From Hemiscyllium ocellatum (taxonomy: Eukaryota), in contig NW_026867444.1 of assembly GCF_020745735.1 (NCBI RefSeq), forward strand, positions 248,001 to 312,000: 64,000 nt of DNA. Reading direction: 5' to 3'. The position numbers and the translations under genes were made by a program. Below are positions 62,746-64,000 of the stretch, in pieces. The stretch's first letter is position 1; every line of letters starts with the position of its first letter. Under the pieces are notes generated by a model. The model ran no database searches and had not been told where the DNA came from. It saw nothing but the letters and a program-made list of their open reading frames with translations.

Positions 62746-62931
62746 GTACAAATCTCTCTCCTTCCACCTTGAATCTTTAGCTGCTCTCCATTTCACTCCA
62801 ATTCCACTGACTTGTGATTGAAGGGAAAATGCTGAAACCAGAGGAATGCTCAGTGTCTCCAACAATCTCTCATTTGACCGGCTCTTTCTGTGACAGTTCT
62901 GACTTCACTGTGTTTCTCTCTGACCCCTCAG

Positions 62932-63232
62932 GTATCAATGGGGACATCATCATGACCCAGTCTCCCCCGGTGCTGTCAGGGGGACAGGGCCAGACCGCAA
63001 CCATCACCTGTACGGCCAGTCAGTGAATCTGTTAGCAAGTGGGTTGCTGGTACCAGCAGCGAGAAGGTCAGAAACCCTCTCTCCTGATCTATGCTGCAAC
63101 AACTCGATTCACAGGAGTCTCCGATCGATTCACCGGCAGTGGATCAGGGACCAGTTTCACCCTGACAATCAGCAACGTTCAGAATGAGGATGTCGCTGAC
63201 TATTACTGTCAGCAGGTTACAGCAACCCTCGA
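62932..63232 (+). pseudogene. V exon of cluster C, with two in-frame stops in CDR1 as assembled
   Basis: [97 protein letters not shown] 63024-63026 and TAG 63033-63035. Confidence 0.92.
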
Positions 63233-63260
63233 CACAGTGACACAGAGCTGTACAAAAACC
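63233..63260 (+). promoter_or_regulatory. 12-bp-spacer RSS of V (cluster C), consensus
   Basis: CACAGTG 63233-63239, 12 nt, ACAAAAACC 63252-63260. Confidence 0.97.
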
Positions 63261-63696
63261 TCAATATATAAAGCACTACCTCCTGTACTGACACATCCCA
63301 CAGTTACATAAAATGTATAATAATGGACACACAGTCCCACCGCCTGAAGTGATATACCACAGTTCGATCCAAATGAAACTGATCAAATTACCCCAAACTG
63401 GGATTGCCACTGTCCACGACACACTCCAATCCCTGTGGTGTCTCAACGCTCACTGAAGGCCTCAAGTTTCCCTCTTACACTCCATGGCCATATGTGAAGA
63501 GCTGCTGCAAGATTTAACATCGAAAAATAAATTTCACAAACCTCCCGAGCCCAGCTGGAAACACCCAGAGAGACAGAGAGAGAAAGACACATGAATGAGG
63601 GAGAGACAGAGAGGGGCAGGGAGAGGGTGAGAGTGAGTGAGAGACAGACAGAGACAGAGAGAGGTTGACAGTGATAAGAGGGAAGCAGAGAGCTGA

Positions 63697-63735
63697 GGTT
63701 TTTGTACAGCCTCTGCACTGGGAGCTCTCACTGTG
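63697..63735 (+). promoter_or_regulatory. 23-bp-spacer RSS of J (cluster C), consensus
   Basis: GGTTTTTGT 63697-63705, 23 nt, CACTGTG 63729-63735. Confidence 0.97.
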
Positions 63736-63768
63736 GTACGTTCGGTAAAGGAACCAAGCTCAGACTGA
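63736..63768 (+). CDS. J segment of cluster C (TFGKGTKLRL), intact
   Basis: FGxG motif. The donor a|gtaagt gives phase 1, compatible with the C exon phase (Ser codon a+gc). Confidence 0.95.
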   Translation, partial: VRSVKEPSSD

Positions 63769-64000
63769 GTAAGTAAACCTCAATCCTCTGTTATTAACCC
63801 TGTCAATACTGAAACACACTTTCTAAAATACAGTTACTGATTTGTTGAAGGTGTTAGTGGGAGCTGCAGTGAATGAAATGGTTGATTGAGGAGCACTGTG
63901 TCTAACAGGGTGTCCAGCTGTATTTCTTTACTTTCATGCCCTCTTTAAAAAAAGCAAGATATAAGTCAGTAAGTTTTACTCACCGTGTGGAGGAGCTCTG

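Noticed and set aside
63233-63735. Germline-joined VJ or extra D segments in clusters B or C
   Set aside because: V and J are separated by ~503-511 nt with one 12-RSS and one 23-RSS each. No additional heptamer-spacer-nonamer was found between them.

Overview
Eukaryotic, repeat-rich DNA from a cartilaginous fish (shark-type HE1 V-SINEs, CR1 LINEs, Penelope-like elements). The window holds parts of three immunoglobulin light-chain V-J-C clusters that match the cartilaginous-fish type I / sigma-cart (NS5-like) class as I recall it, arranged in alternating orientation. Cluster A (+) contributes only an intact C exon and 3' UTR at 326-1172. Cluster B (-) is complete (L 29259, V, J, C 19213) but has lesions in V, both RSSs, the J donor and C. 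Cluster C (+) contributes L, V and J at 62697-63768, with consensus 12/23 RSSs but two stop codons in CDR1. B and C are an old inverted duplication that can be followed at least 13 kb upstream of B. The best novel candidate is a ~250-bp block 5-6 kb upstream of both V genes. It is ~96% identical between copies, against roughly 80-85% in adjacent repeat-derived flanks, and carries PU.1-IRF (EICE), E-box, RUNX, kB-like and MEF2 motifs, so it looks like a per-cluster B-cell enhancer. Other notable items: a young Neptune-type Penelope element with a 13-bp TSD and an intact minimal hammerhead ribozyme, a fold-back hairpin at a Penelope junction, a Gmr1-like Gypsy relic (INT before RT), and an unidentified minus-strand reading frame split in frame by a CR1 insertion. 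All calls are by eye. Repeat boundaries are approximate and identities are hand estimates.
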